Source: Gammaproteobacteria bacterium
GTDB taxonomy: Bacteria > Pseudomonadota > Gammaproteobacteria > JABCZS01
Length of the DNA: 64,000 bases
NCBI GenBank assembly: GCA_044445605.1
Contig: JBIOEA010000008.1
Span: forward strand, 1,217-65,216
Reading direction: 5' to 3'
This document shows positions 20,681 through 30,962 of the stretch, one piece after another. Numbering within the stretch: position 1 is the stretch's first letter; each line of letters opens with the position of its first letter. The position numbers and the translations under genes were made by a program. The notes under the pieces were generated by a model. It saw only the letters and a program-made list of their open reading frames with translations, ran no database searches and was not told where the DNA came from.

Positions 20681-20681
20681 C

Positions 20682-21965
20682 CTACTTAGGCTGAACCTTC
20701 TTCATCAGCGATTCATATTGATAGGACATGAGGTGGGTCTGGACTTGTTGCATCATGTCCATTACCACGACCACTACGATCAATAAGGAAGTACCACCAA
20801 ATACGAAAGGAACGCTCCAGGCCAATACTAAAAACTGTGGCAAGAGGCATACAAACGCTAAGTAAAGGGCTCCAATCAAGGTTAGGCGGGTCATGACCGT
20901 GTCAATGTACCGTGCCGTTTGCTCGCCAGGTCGCATACCCGGTATGAAGGCCCCTGATTTTTTCAGGGTATCCGCCGTTTCCTCGGGATTATACACGAGT
21001 GCGGTGTAAAAGAATGCAAAAAAGATGATGGCTACTAAGAATAAACCTATATATAAGGGCTGCCCAGGTGACAACATCAATGTCAGTGAGGACAAAAAGC
21101 CGTTTTTCGTTCCCGAGAAGAACTGAGTGACCGTCGCAGGAAACAACAGGATACTCGAAGCGAAAATAGGGGGTATCACACCGGCCATATTGACTTTTAA
21201 GGGCAAATGCGTGGTCTGAGCCGCATAGACCTTGTGGCCGTGTTGTCGCTTGGCATAATTAACGGTGATACGTCTTTGACCGCGTTCTACAAAGACAACG
21301 AAGGCAGTGACGGCTACGACAGCGACAGCGAGGAAAATGAGGCTTAATATGCTCATTTCACCTTCACGGGTCATCATTAATACTTTGCCGATGGCTCCAG
21401 GGAAGCCAGCCGCAATACCAGCGAAGATAATGAGAGATATTCCATTACCAATACCCCGCTCGGTCATTTGCTCACCCAGCCACATCAAGAACATTGTTCC
21501 GGTGATAAGGGTAGTACAAACCACGAAGTAGAAAGGGAAACCGCTCATTAAAGCAACACCAGCACCTGCCAAAAACTTTGCCAACCCAATGGATTGGAAC
21601 AAAGCCAAACCTACTGTGGCCATGCGTGTATATTGATTGATTTTGCGTCTGCCGACTTCACCTTGTTTTTTCAGCTCACTGAGGGCTGGAGAAACAATGG
21701 TCAGCATCTGAGTAATAATCGATGCGGAGATATAGGGCATGATCCCCAACGCGAAGACGGTGAAACGTGTTAAAGCACCACCCGAAAACATATTGAAAAG
21801 ATCAAGGATTGTACTTCCCTGCCCACTGAAAAAATCGTGGAGTTTTACTGGGTCAATTCCAGGCACAGGAACGTGCGCACCGATGCGATACACAATGATC
21901 GCACCAATTACAAAAAGTATCTTATTCCTCAGAGCGACTAGTGGCGCCTGTGCTGGATTTGCCAT
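20682..21965 (-). CDS. secY: preprotein translocase subunit SecY
   Basis: 427 aa; motifs [27 protein letters not shown] and [21 protein letters not shown]. Confidence 0.95.
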   Translation of the reverse strand: MANPAQAPLVALRNKILFVIGAIIVYRIGAHVPVPGIDPVKLHDFFSGQGSTILDLFNMFSGGALTRFTVFALGIMPYISASIITQMLTIVSPALSELKKQGEVGRRKINQYTRMATVGLALFQSIGLAKFLAGAGVALMSGFPFYFVVCTTLITGTMFLMWLGEQMTERGIGNGISLIIFAGIAAGFPGAIGKVLMMTREGEMSILSLIFLAVAVVAVTAFVVFVERGQRRITVNYAKRQHGHKVYAAQTTHLPLKVNMAGVIPPIFASSILLFPATVTQFFSGTKNGFLSSLTLMLSPGQPLYIGLFLVAIIFFAFFYTALVYNPEETADTLKKSGAFIPGMRPGEQTARYIDTVMTRLTLIGALYLAFVCLLPQFLVLAWSVPFVFGGTSLLIVVVVVMDMMQQVQTHLMSYQYESLMKKVQPK

Positions 21966-21977
21966 GGTATTTCCTTG

Positions 21978-22412
21978 TTAGGCGACACTGCCACCTGCAG
22001 CTTCGATCAGTTTCTTTGCGCCTTCAGAGACACGTACACCCACTATTTTAATTGGGGTCGTTACTTCTGCTGCACCAAAAATCTTCACGAACTTGATGGT
22101 ATGGTTAATCATATCCATCGCGCGCAAGGTGTCGATATTCAGTTCTAGGTCTTTATCCCAATTAGCCAAGCTGGCTAAAGAAACCTCTGCTGTTTGACGT
22201 CCAACACGGGAAGAAAAACCGTATTTCGCCAAACGACGGTATAATGGCATTTGTCCGCCTTCAAAACCTGGGCGAACCCCACCACCGGCACGAGAATTCT
22301 GACCTTTATGGCCGCGACCACAGGTCTTCCCTTTACCGCTACCCATTCCACGTCCAAGACGTTTACCCTTTTTACGGGCCCCTGGAGCTGATGATAATGT
22401 ATTTAATTTCAT
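21978..22412 (-). CDS. rplO: 50S ribosomal protein L15
   Basis: True start is MKLNTLSSAPGARKKGKRLGRG at 22412 (AAGGA RBS). The listed 194-aa ORF is over-extended into rpsE. Confidence 0.92.
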   Translation of the reverse strand: MKLNTLSSAPGARKKGKRLGRGMGSGKGKTCGRGHKGQNSRAGGGVRPGFEGGQMPLYRRLAKYGFSSRVGRQTAEVSLASLANWDKDLELNIDTLRAMDMINHTIKFVKIFGAAEVTTPIKIVGVRVSEGAKKLIEAAGGSVA

Positions 22413-22429
22413 GGCAAAATCCTTACAAC

Positions 22430-22957
22430 TTATTTCTCTGTGGAACCGAGTTCGCTCAGAGAAATGCCGCGCTTTGCAGCAACATATTCTGGCGAAGTCA
22501 TGGAGGTCAAGCCCTTTAAGGTCGCACGAACAACATTTAATGGGTTTGAAGAACCGATGCACTTGCCAAGTACGTTATGAACACCCGCAACTTCTAATAC
22601 AGCGCGCATTGCGCCACCTGCGATGATACCCGTACCTTCAGAGGCAGGCAGCATAACAATTTTAGAAGCGCCATGGCGTGCATGTACGTCATGAAACAAT
22701 GTGCCGTGGTTCAATTGAACACGGATCATGTTCTTACGAGCATTTTCCAATGCTTTCGCAATGGCCAATGGTGCTTCAGAAGATTTACCTCTGCCAACAC
22801 CTACACGGCCATTACCATCACCGACAACCACACAGGCACCAAAACTAAAACGACGTCCGCCTTTTACTACAGTAGACGTACGAGCTACCTGAACGAGACG
22901 ATCTATATAACCGTCTGATGGTTCTTTACTTGTCGAGTTAAATCCAGAGATTGACAT
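22430..22957 (-). CDS. rpsE: 30S ribosomal protein S5
   Basis: 175 aa; position between rplR and rplO in the spc operon. Confidence 0.95.
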   Translation of the reverse strand: MSISGFNSTSKEPSDGYIDRLVQVARTSTVVKGGRRFSFGACVVVGDGNGRVGVGRGKSSEAPLAIAKALENARKNMIRVQLNHGTLFHDVHARHGASKIVMLPASEGTGIIAGGAMRAVLEVAGVHNVLGKCIGSSNPLNVVRATLKGLTSMTSPEYVAAKRGISLSELGSTEK

Positions 22958-22968
22958 TACTTACACCC

Positions 22969-23337
22969 TTAAAATTGTAGACCTGCTTCCCGCGCCTTAT
23001 CTGCCAAAGCCTTAATGCGGCCATGGTAAATAAATCCAGAACGGTCAAATGCAACTTTCGTATATCCAGCTGCAATCGCTACTTTAGCGATCTCAGCACC
23101 CACTTTCTCAGCTGCTTCAACATTGCCCGTGTACTTGAGCTCTTCGCGCAAGGAAGGGGATAATGTAGATGCAGTACCAACCACTGTGGATAGGCCATCG
23201 TCACCCAAAACGATCACTTGTGCATAAATGTGTTTAGGTGTCTTGTGGACGCATAAACGCACTTGGTTCAAGCGACGTTGAATTGCTCTCGTCTTTTTGC
23301 TACGGCGTTTCCGTGACAGAATTTTTGAATTTTTCAT
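22969..23337 (-). CDS. rplR: 50S ribosomal protein L18
   Basis: 122 aa; position between rplF and rpsE in the spc operon. Confidence 0.93.
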   Translation of the reverse strand: MKNSKILSRKRRSKKTRAIQRRLNQVRLCVHKTPKHIYAQVIVLGDDGLSTVVGTASTLSPSLREELKYTGNVEAAEKVGAEIAKVAIAAGYTKVAFDRSGFIYHGRIKALADKAREAGLQF

Positions 23338-23349
23338 GGTTCAACCTTC

Positions 23350-23901
23350 CTACTTCTTCGCTTCTTTCAGCACAATGATTTCATCCGCATAGCGAACACC
23401 CTTGCCTTTATAAGGCTCTGGTGGACGGTAAGCGCGAATGTTCGCTGCCACTTGGCCAACCATATGCTTATCGATACCCTTTACAACCAAATCTGTTAAC
23501 GTGGGGGCTTCAATCGTAATTCCTTCAGGAATGGTGAATTGAACAGGATGGGAAAAACCGAGTGTTAGATTCAAGATGTTACCTTGAACTTGTGCACGGT
23601 AACCCACGCCAACCAATGTTAACTTCTTCTCAAAGCCTTTAGTTACCCCAAGGACCATATTGGCCAATAGGGCGCGCATGGTACCGGTAAGGGCAACCAC
23701 TTTCTGTTCGCTATCAACTTCAGGATTCCCAGCAGGCTCTAACTGAATAACATTGTCATTCAAGCTCCAGGTTACTGCAGGATGTAAATTGAGATCAATG
23801 CTGCCTTTCGGACCTTTGATCGTGACCTTTGAACCTTCAAGCACTGCCGTAACAGCAGCTGGTAAGGGTAAAGGACTCTTTGCTAATCGTGTTGATGCCA
23901 T
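23350..23901 (-). CDS. rplF: 50S ribosomal protein L6
   Basis: Start refined to [14 protein letters not shown] (ATG at 23901); tandem L6 domains. Confidence 0.92.
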   Translation of the reverse strand: MASTRLAKSPLPLPAAVTAVLEGSKVTIKGPKGSIDLNLHPAVTWSLNDNVIQLEPAGNPEVDSEQKVVALTGTMRALLANMVLGVTKGFEKKLTLVGVGYRAQVQGNILNLTLGFSHPVQFTIPEGITIEAPTLTDLVVKGIDKHMVGQVAANIRAYRPPEPYKGKGVRYADEIIVLKEAKK

Positions 23902-23912
23902 AACCGCTCTCT

Positions 23913-24308
23913 TTACGCAACCATACAAATAATTTCGCCACCAACACCTAATTGCTTGGCTTGTCTATCTGTCATCAAGCCTTTAGATGTGGAAACAATG
24001 TAACAGCCTAGGCCACCCAGCAAAGGACGTATCTTTTTCGCTCCTGCGTACTTACGCAAGGAAGGACGACTGACACGTGCAATCTTTGAAATGACAGGTC
24101 TATCATGATAATACTTCAAGCTAACATGAATCATAGGAACAGTTCCTACAGTTTCTTCATGAAAACCATTCACATAACCTTGCTCAAGCAATACACGGAG
24201 CAAGTCTTTCTTATGTTTAGAAGAAGGAACAAGCACTGAGGGGTGTTTACGCCCACCTGCATTGCGAATTCGGGTCAGCATATCTGAAATCGGGTCTTGC
24301 ATACTCAT
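23913..24308 (-). CDS. rpsH: 30S ribosomal protein S8
   Basis: 131 aa; [17 protein letters not shown]. Confidence 0.95.
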   Translation of the reverse strand: MSMQDPISDMLTRIRNAGGRKHPSVLVPSSKHKKDLLRVLLEQGYVNGFHEETVGTVPMIHVSLKYYHDRPVISKIARVSRPSLRKYAGAKKIRPLLGGLGCYIVSTSKGLMTDRQAKQLGVGGEIICMVA

Positions 24309-24320
24309 CGTTTTTACACC

Positions 24321-24638
24321 TTACCAGCTGGACTTATAAACACCAGGAACAAGCCCTTCTGCAATCATCTTGCGCAGATAGATACGGCTAATGCCTGTAA
24401 AATTATTACCACGTGGGCGACCTGTTTTGCGGCAAATCTTACGTAGTCTTGTGGGGCTTGCGTTACGTGGAAGCTTACGTTGTACGTCCATCCAGACAGC
24501 CATGCGTTCTTCCATGGTAGCTTCTGGGTTTTTGCACACTTCATGCGCACGTGCAAGCAAAGCTGCACGACGCTGACGATTTTTATCAATCGTTTCTTTC
24601 TTTTTCTTGGTACGGTTAACAGTACTGAGTTTTGCCAT
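24321..24638 (-). CDS. rpsN: 30S ribosomal protein S14
   Basis: 105 aa; MAKLSTVNRTKKK...RNRC-type C-terminus. Confidence 0.93.
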   Translation of the reverse strand: MAKLSTVNRTKKKKETIDKNRQRRAALLARAHEVCKNPEATMEERMAVWMDVQRKLPRNASPTRLRKICRKTGRPRGNNFTGISRIYLRKMIAEGLVPGVYKSSW

Positions 24639-24640
24639 GA

Positions 24641-25192
24641 TTAAACCTTCGCTTCTCTGAATGGAAATTTAAATGCAGCCAACAGTTCGTAGGCGTCTTG
24701 ATCAGACTCAGCATCCATCGTAATACAAATATCAAAGCCACGTAGCGCATCGATCTTTTCAAAATCAATTTCAGGGCAAATGGTTTGCTCTTTAACACCC
24801 ATAGCAAAATTACCGCGCCCGTCAAAACCACGGCGTGATACGCCACGGAAGTCACGTACACGAGGCAAGTAAATGCTGATTAATCTGTCCAAAAATTCAT
24901 ACATTTTTTCGCGGCGCAGAGTGACCTTGCAACCAATTGGCCAGCCTTCACGAATTTTGAAGCCTGCAATAGATTTTCTAGCATAGGTAATTTGCGCTTT
25001 TTGACCCGCAATTTTACTTAATTGCTCGGCAGCGAAATCAAGGACTTTTTTATCCAAAGCAGCTTCACCGACACCCATGTTTAAAGTGATTTTCTTTAAA
25101 CGCGCTACGCGCATAGGATTGCATTTTTTCATTTTCACGAAATTAGGCAAAATCTCTTTGCGGTACTTTTCATGTAATCTTGATACGGACAT
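24641..25192 (-). CDS. rplE: 50S ribosomal protein L5
   Basis: 183 aa; [11 protein letters not shown]...[17 protein letters not shown]. Confidence 0.95.
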   Translation of the reverse strand: MSVSRLHEKYRKEILPNFVKMKKCNPMRVARLKKITLNMGVGEAALDKKVLDFAAEQLSKIAGQKAQITYARKSIAGFKIREGWPIGCKVTLRREKMYEFLDRLISIYLPRVRDFRGVSRRGFDGRGNFAMGVKEQTICPEIDFEKIDALRGFDICITMDAESDQDAYELLAAFKFPFREAKV

Positions 25193-25203
25193 TCTAAACC
25201 TCT

Positions 25204-25572
25204 TTACTCACTGTCTTTCGCTACATTGGGGATAACTTCTCCAGAAGACCTAAAGACACGCACTTTTGCACCGTCTTTAGCCACTGAATAACCCACGCGA
25301 TCTGCTTTCTGGGTTTTAGGATTCAATATAGCCACATTTGAAATGTGTAAAGGCGCTTCACGCTTTTCCAAGCCACCTTGAATATTGAGCTGGGGATTAG
25401 GGCGCACGGCTTTCGTGACCAAATTCACACCATCAATTAATACTCTTTCGTCGCGCGGATAAACAGCAGCCACACGGCCTGTTTGCCCTTTAGACTTACC
25501 TGCAATAACGATGATTTCATCGCCTTTCAGGATCTTAGCCTTATACACTTTCTTTGCTTTATCTTGCAACAT
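25204..25572 (-). CDS. rplX: 50S ribosomal protein L24
   Basis: [22 protein letters not shown] aligns to the L24 KOW motif. The start at 25572 lies 13 nt after the rplN stop and gives a roughly 9-aa N-terminal extension relative to E. coli. Confidence 0.9.
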   Translation of the reverse strand: MLQDKAKKVYKAKILKGDEIIVIAGKSKGQTGRVAAVYPRDERVLIDGVNLVTKAVRPNPQLNIQGGLEKREAPLHISNVAILNPKTQKADRVGYSVAKDGAKVRVFRSSGEVIPNVAKDSE

Positions 25573-25587
25573 AATATTTCCACACCC

Positions 25588-25956
25588 TTACAGAACTTCT
25601 GGAGCAAGCGAAATAATCTTCATGAAAGCCTCACCACGCAATTCACGCGTGACGGGCCCGAAGATACGTGTACCTATGGGTTGTCTTTGTTTATTCAACA
25701 ACACCACTGCATTACTGTCAAAACGGATCGTAGATCCATCTTTACGACGCACGCCTTTACGGGTACGTACGACTAATGCAAACAGCACTTCACCTTGCTT
25801 AACTTTGCCCTTGGCAATAGCATCCTTAACAGACACGACAATCACATCACCGATCTGTGCATAGCGACGCTTCGAGCCCCCTAACACCTTGATACATTCC
25901 ACCTGTCTTGCGCCACTGTTATCTGCGACATCCAGGCGTGTACTTGTTTGAATCAT
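25588..25956 (-). CDS. rplN: 50S ribosomal protein L14
   Basis: 122 aa; [17 protein letters not shown]. Confidence 0.95.
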   Translation of the reverse strand: MIQTSTRLDVADNSGARQVECIKVLGGSKRRYAQIGDVIVVSVKDAIAKGKVKQGEVLFALVVRTRKGVRRKDGSTIRFDSNAVVLLNKQRQPIGTRIFGPVTRELRGEAFMKIISLAPEVL

Positions 25957-25981
25957 TTGCTACGCTCCACACAACACTCTG

Positions 25982-26257
25982 TTAAATTTGCTCTTGTTCA
26001 GCACGTTCAACAATCTGACGAACAACCCAAGCTTTAGTCTTGGATATAGGCCGGCACATTTCAATTTCTACCACATCACCAATGGAGCATGTATTGTCTG
26101 CATCGTGCGCATAGAAACGCGTTCTGGACTCTACATACTTGCCATAGCGAGGATGCTGCTTCTTTACCGTACGCAGTACAACAACGGTTTTATCCATCTT
26201 GTTACTGACTACACGGCCTACGACCGTTTTTGTCGATTGATTTGCCAACTCCGTCAT
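25982..26257 (-). CDS. rpsQ: 30S ribosomal protein S17
   Basis: 91 aa; position between rpmC and rplN in the S10/spc operon run. Confidence 0.93.
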   Translation of the reverse strand: MTELANQSTKTVVGRVVSNKMDKTVVVLRTVKKQHPRYGKYVESRTRFYAHDADNTCSIGDVVEIEMCRPISKTKAWVVRQIVERAEQEQI

Positions 26258-26258
26258 T

Positions 26259-26450
26259 TTAGTGATGACCCTTCTCAGTTAAAATAGTATTAATGCGCGC
26301 TATTCCCAGCTTGATCGGCCGATGACTAACATGACGCATTTCGCTCTTCAGTTTACGTGCTATCCGTAAGTTTAGGTTCTCTTGCTTGAGATCCCCTAAC
26401 TTAACCAGCAAATCGGCAACTGATAATTCTCTCAATTCTGCTGTTTTCAT
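26259..26450 (-). CDS. rpmC: 50S ribosomal protein L29
   Basis: 63 aa; 4-nt overlap with rplP. Confidence 0.9.
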   Translation of the reverse strand: MKTAELRELSVADLLVKLGDLKQENLNLRIARKLKSEMRHVSHRPIKLGIARINTILTEKGHH

Positions 26451-26863
26451 CCCATGACTTCCCGTTTAACAAAGATAGTCTTCACTGGTAATTTAGACGC
26501 TGCTAGTGCAAACGCTTCACGTGCCGTTGCCTCGTCTACCCCTTCCATTTCATAGAGGACTTTGCCTGGCTTTACCACGGCTACCCAGTACTCCACGTTA
26601 CCCTTACCTTTACCTTGGCGGACTTCTAAGGGCTTCTTTGTAATAGGCTTGTCCGGAAACAAGCGAATCCAAATCTTTCCACCCCGTTTCACGTAGCGGG
26701 TCATCGCACGACGAGCCGCTTCGATCTGCCGGGCTGTAATTCTACCACGGTCCAGGGTCTTTAATCCATACTCTCCGAAGCTTACTTTTGCACCTTTGGT
26801 GGCTGAACCGCACATACGGCCCTTTTGCTGCTTCCGATACTTAGTGCGTTTTGGGGCTAACAT
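26447..26863 (-). CDS. rplP: 50S ribosomal protein L16
   Basis: 138 aa; [16 protein letters not shown]. Confidence 0.95.
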   Translation of the reverse strand: MLAPKRTKYRKQQKGRMCGSATKGAKVSFGEYGLKTLDRGRITARQIEAARRAMTRYVKRGGKIWIRLFPDKPITKKPLEVRQGKGKGNVEYWVAVVKPGKVLYEMEGVDEATAREAFALAASKLPVKTIFVKREVMG

Positions 26864-26866
26864 AAC

Positions 26867-27526
26867 CTATACCTCTTCTTTCTCTTTCGCCAGCTCTTTC
26901 TTGAAGACTTCGCCTTTGAAAATCCATACCTTGATACCGATAATGCCATATGTTGTTTTGGCCTCAGCAACCCCATAGTCTATGTCTGCACGGAAGGTAT
27001 GCAAAGGCACACGGCCTTCACGGTATTGTTCCGTTCTTGCGATTTCAGCGCCGCCTAAACGACCACTGAGGCAAACCTTCACACCTAAAGCACCAGCACG
27101 CAATGCCGTGCTAACTGCACGTTTCATTGCTCTGCGGAACATGATGCGCTTTTCAAGCTGTTGTGCGATTGTTTGGGCCACAATCGCTGCATCTGCATCA
27201 GGCTTTCTAACCTCTTCAATCGTAATTTGAACAGGCACACCAACGATGCGGGTCAGCTCTTGGCGTAAGGGTTCAATGTCTTCACCCTTTTTACCAATAG
27301 CAGCCCCTGGTCTTGCGCATTTTACACGGATAATCGCGTTTTTGGCAGGACGTTCGATAATTATTTCACTCACCTGGGCTTGTGCCAGTTTTTTCTTCAA
27401 AAACTCACGCGCTTGTAGGTCACTGTAAAGCAGATCGGCATAATCGTTGAAATTTGCAAACCATTTAGAGGAGTGCTCTTTAACAATGCCTAATCTTACA
27501 CAATTTGGATGTACTTTTTGACCCAT
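26867..27526 (-). CDS. rpsC: 30S ribosomal protein S3
   Basis: 219 aa; MGQKVHPN...KH domain. Confidence 0.95.
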   Translation of the reverse strand: MGQKVHPNCVRLGIVKEHSSKWFANFNDYADLLYSDLQAREFLKKKLAQAQVSEIIIERPAKNAIIRVKCARPGAAIGKKGEDIEPLRQELTRIVGVPVQITIEEVRKPDADAAIVAQTIAQQLEKRIMFRRAMKRAVSTALRAGALGVKVCLSGRLGGAEIARTEQYREGRVPLHTFRADIDYGVAEAKTTYGIIGIKVWIFKGEVFKKELAKEKEEV

Positions 27527-27531
27527 GGTTA

Positions 27532-27888
27532 TCAGTCTCTCTTTTCAGATTGGTTAGAACGATCGGCGACCACTACTGTAATGTGGCTGGTCGGTTTTTT
27601 CACATGATCAGCCCGGCCTTTTGCCCTCGGTTTAATCCGTTTGAAAGAAGCACCCTGATTCACAAAAATGGTTTCAATGTACAAATTGTCAATGTCGCCA
27701 CCCAAATTGTTTTCAAAATTGGCAATTGCCGAATTTAAACATTTGGAAACAAACGTTGCTGCTTTCTGTGGCAATTCAGACAATATCATTAAAGCCTCAG
27801 ATACGTTTAAGCCTCTGACCACGTCAACCACTAATCGTGCTTTCTGCGTCGAAAGACGGATGTCTCTTAAATGCGCCGTAGCTTGCAT
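27532..27888 (-). CDS. rplV: 50S ribosomal protein L22
   Basis: 118 aa; ...[20 protein letters not shown]. Confidence 0.93.
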   Translation of the reverse strand: MQATAHLRDIRLSTQKARLVVDVVRGLNVSEALMILSELPQKAATFVSKCLNSAIANFENNLGGDIDNLYIETIFVNQGASFKRIKPRAKGRADHVKKPTSHITVVVADRSNQSEKRD

Positions 27889-28175
27889 TACTTCTTCTCC
27901 TCTTTGGTCGCTTTAGTGCCCGTGTGACCTTTAAAGGTACGCGTCGGTGCAAATTCACCCAATTTATGACCAACCATGTCTTCGGTCACGAATATTGGCA
28001 CATGTTGACGTCCATTATGAACCGCTATGGTAAAACCTACCATAATTGGAATAATGGTCGATGCGCGTGACCAAGTCTTGATCACTTGCTTCTTAACATT
28101 GCTTGCCGTGGCCTTCACCAGCTTTGCAAACAAGCTATGCTCGACAAAGGGGCCTTTTTTAACTGAACGTGGCAC
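27888..28175 (-). CDS. rpsS: 30S ribosomal protein S19
   Basis: 95 aa; [10 protein letters not shown]...[22 protein letters not shown]. Confidence 0.95.
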   Translation of the reverse strand: MPRSVKKGPFVEHSLFAKLVKATASNVKKQVIKTWSRASTIIPIMVGFTIAVHNGRQHVPIFVTEDMVGHKLGEFAPTRTFKGHTGTKATKEEKK

Positions 28176-28198
28176 AGATAACCTCTCTCACTTAATAC

Positions 28199-29032
28199 TT
28201 AATTGCGTCTATCACGAACAATATACTTGTTCGAAGACTTCGACCGCTTACGCGTCTTGTAACCCTTCGTTGGTACACCCGACCTGGATACAGGATGACG
28301 TCCACCAGAAGTACGGCCTTCACCGCCCCCGTGCGGATGGTCAACTGGGTTCATCGCAACACCTCTGACCGTTGGGCGTATACCACGGTGGCGTACTGCC
28401 CCCGCCTTACCCAAACAGCGTAAACTATGCTCGCTGAAGCAAACTTCGCCTACCGTAGCACGGCAGGTTTCAAGCACTTTACGCATTTCACCAGATTGCA
28501 AACGTAAGGTCACATAACCCGCGTCTTTAGCAATCAGCTGCGCGCTGGTGCCTGCACTACGTACAAGCTGAGCTCCACGGCCTGGCTTCAATTCTACACA
28601 ATGAACGGTTGAACCTTGTGGGATAAACTTCATTGGGAGGCAATTACCTACTTTGAATGTAGCTTCAGCACCCGAGATGACTTCATCACCAGCCTTTAAT
28701 CCTTTAGGCGCTATAATATAACGCTTTTCGCCGTCTTTGTATACTAAAAGTGCAATATGAGCAGAGCGGTTGGGATCATATTCTAATCTTTCAACGCGAG
28801 CTGGAATGCCATCTTTAGTACGTTTAAAATCGATAAGACGGTAATGTTGCTTATGCCCACCACCACGATGTCTCACGGTCATCCGACCCTGTGAGTTACG
28901 CGCAGAAGTACGGGTCTTTGCACGTGTCAACGACTTTACTGGACGACCTTTGTAAAGATCAGTCTCTGTTACCCGAACCTGGTGACGGGTTCCTGGTGTA
29001 AGAGGTCGCATCTGTTTAATAATAACAGCCAT
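28199..29032 (-). CDS. rplB: 50S ribosomal protein L2
   Basis: 277 aa; position between rplW and rpsS in the S10 operon. Confidence 0.95.
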   Translation of the reverse strand: MAVIIKQMRPLTPGTRHQVRVTETDLYKGRPVKSLTRAKTRTSARNSQGRMTVRHRGGGHKQHYRLIDFKRTKDGIPARVERLEYDPNRSAHIALLVYKDGEKRYIIAPKGLKAGDEVISGAEATFKVGNCLPMKFIPQGSTVHCVELKPGRGAQLVRSAGTSAQLIAKDAGYVTLRLQSGEMRKVLETCRATVGEVCFSEHSLRCLGKAGAVRHRGIRPTVRGVAMNPVDHPHGGGEGRTSGGRHPVSRSGVPTKGYKTRKRSKSSNKYIVRDRRN

Positions 29033-29046
29033 TTTCTATTCCTCAC

Positions 29047-29343
29047 TTACTGGACGGCAATCGCATCGATTGTGTGGCCACTCGCTAACGTGACATAGGC
29101 CTTTTTCACATCGCTACGCTTACCCGCCATATTACGCGTACGCTTAGCTTTACCTAACTGGTTCAAAATATTGACCTTGACCACGGTGACTTTGAATGCC
29201 ATTTCAACGGCTTTCTTTACGTCAGTGCGCGTGGCTTTCTTGGAAACTTCAAACACGTATTGGTTTTGGTCTCCCATGACCGTCAATGATTTTTCAGATA
29301 TTACAGGTGATCTGATTAAATCGAAATATTGATCGCGTGTCAT
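29047..29343 (-). CDS. rplW: 50S ribosomal protein L23
   Basis: 98 aa; position between rplD and rplB in the S10 operon. Confidence 0.92.
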   Translation of the reverse strand: MTRDQYFDLIRSPVISEKSLTVMGDQNQYVFEVSKKATRTDVKKAVEMAFKVTVVKVNILNQLGKAKRTRNMAGKRSDVKKAYVTLASGHTIDAIAVQ

Positions 29344-29960
29344 ACAAAAGACTCCTCAAGTGTTTTGAGCGCAAGCTCTGTCACCAACATGTGTTCAACA
29401 TGCAGTAGCGCAATCGGATCAATATCCTTTACTTCTACTACACCTACGTTAGGCAAATTACGGGCCGCTAACAATAAGTTACGATCCATTGCATCGGTTA
29501 CGATCAACACGTCTTTAACGTTTAAACCATCCAACCATGCTTTGCAGGTCTTCGTTTTATGATCAGCTAATGCAATTGTATCTAATACTGTAATGCGATT
29601 CGTACGGAAACGCTCGGACAGAATGCAACGAATGGCACCACGGTACATTTTACGATTTACTTTTTGTGAGTAATCTTTTGTACGTGCAGAGAACGTTACA
29701 CCGCCGCCACGCCATAATGGACCTGTACGACTACCCGCGCGTGCGCGGCCGGTGCCTTTTTGGCGCCATGGCTTTGCAGTAGAACCGCTCACATCTGAAC
29801 GATTTTTACGATCAGGAGCACCTTGACGACGAGCGTTTCTGTGTGCCGTCGCAATTTGGTGGACCAAGTCTTCATTCATTGGTACAGCAAAAATTGCATC
29901 AGATATTTGGATCGCCTTGTTTTTGCCAGACTTACCAAAGTTAACTACTTGAACTTCCAT
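29340..29960 (-). CDS. rplD: 50S ribosomal protein L4
   Basis: 206 aa; position between rplC and rplW in the S10 operon. Confidence 0.93.
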   Translation of the reverse strand: MEVQVVNFGKSGKNKAIQISDAIFAVPMNEDLVHQIATAHRNARRQGAPDRKNRSDVSGSTAKPWRQKGTGRARAGSRTGPLWRGGGVTFSARTKDYSQKVNRKMYRGAIRCILSERFRTNRITVLDTIALADHKTKTCKAWLDGLNVKDVLIVTDAMDRNLLLAARNLPNVGVVEVKDIDPIALLHVEHMLVTELALKTLEESFV

Positions 29961-29969
29961 ACTGGCTCC

Positions 29970-30599
29970 TTACTTAGATGATGCATCACGAACGGCAGCC
30001 ACAACACGCACGATTGCACCCGTGGCGCCTGGAACAGCACCCTTTACTACGAGTAATGCATTTTCGTGATCAATTGCTGCAATTTCGAGGGACTGCATGG
30101 TGATGTATTTATCGCCCATGTGCCCAGCCATGCGTTTCCCTTTAAACACGCGACCTGGGGTTTGGTTTTGACCAATCGAACCAGGAACACGGTGTGAACG
30201 AGAGTTACCGTGCGTTGCATCTTGCGTAGCAAAATTGTGACGCTTAACGGTACCCGCAAAACCCTTACCTTTTGTACGGGCACGAACGTCTACACGTTGC
30301 CCGACCTCAAATTGTGTCAGATCCAGTGTGGCACCAATGCCAAACTGTTCAGATTCTTCTGCAGACACTTTGAACTCGTACAAACCACGGCCTGGTGCAA
30401 CATTTGCTTTAGCAAATTGACCAGCCATCGGCTTGTTAATGCGACTAGGCTTTACACGGCCCATAGTCACTTGTAGCTTGCCTTCAGGCTTTGCTACGAC
30501 CGAATTTTGTTCGATTTGTATAATAGTCACAGGAACGCTTGCATCTTCATTGAAAATGCGGCTCATCCCACGTTTAATTCCGATTAGACCCACGGCCAT
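29970..30599 (-). CDS. rplC: 50S ribosomal protein L3
   Basis: 209 aa; position between rpsJ and rplD in the S10 operon. Confidence 0.93.
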   Translation of the reverse strand: MAVGLIGIKRGMSRIFNEDASVPVTIIQIEQNSVVAKPEGKLQVTMGRVKPSRINKPMAGQFAKANVAPGRGLYEFKVSAEESEQFGIGATLDLTQFEVGQRVDVRARTKGKGFAGTVKRHNFATQDATHGNSRSHRVPGSIGQNQTPGRVFKGKRMAGHMGDKYITMQSLEIAAIDHENALLVVKGAVPGATGAIVRVVAAVRDASSK

Positions 30600-30616
30600 G
30601 CTACACTCCTCGCTGC

Positions 30617-30940
30617 CTACACAGTATCAATAACAATAATTTTGACGTCCAGGCCAGCTGACAAGTCAAGCTTCATGAGGGCATCAACCGTTTTATCGGT
30701 TAGCTCTACGATATCGACCAGACGCTTGTGCACCCGGATCTCAAACTGCTCCTGCGCATCTTTATCGACGTGAGGAGAAGCCAGAAGATTAAAATGACGT
30801 TTACGCGTCGGCAAAGGCACAGGGCCTCGCACACGTGCGCCTGTTCTCTTGGCTATTTCGACTATTCTTGACATCGCTGAATCAATCAAACGATAGTCAA
30901 ACGTCTTGAGCACAATTCGAATACTTTGCTGCTTTGACAT
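30617..30940 (-). CDS. rpsJ: 30S ribosomal protein S10
   Basis: Start refined to [15 protein letters not shown] (ATG at 30940). It immediately follows fusA; there is no second tuf copy here. Confidence 0.93.
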   Translation of the reverse strand: MSKQQSIRIVLKTFDYRLIDSAMSRIVEIAKRTGARVRGPVPLPTRKRHFNLLASPHVDKDAQEQFEIRVHKRLVDIVELTDKTVDALMKLDLSAGLDVKIIVIDTV

Positions 30941-30962
30941 AACTGTTACCCTTTTTTTACAA

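Noticed and set aside
21978-22562. 194-aa form of rplO, 133-aa rpsL, 161-aa MazG-like gene and other over-long listed ORFs
   Set aside because: These N-terminal extensions come from GTG/TTG or upstream in-frame codons that the ORF track translates as M. Conserved N-termini with RBS lie downstream (22412, 33979, 2350, 38303, 42940, 44809, 23901, 45871).
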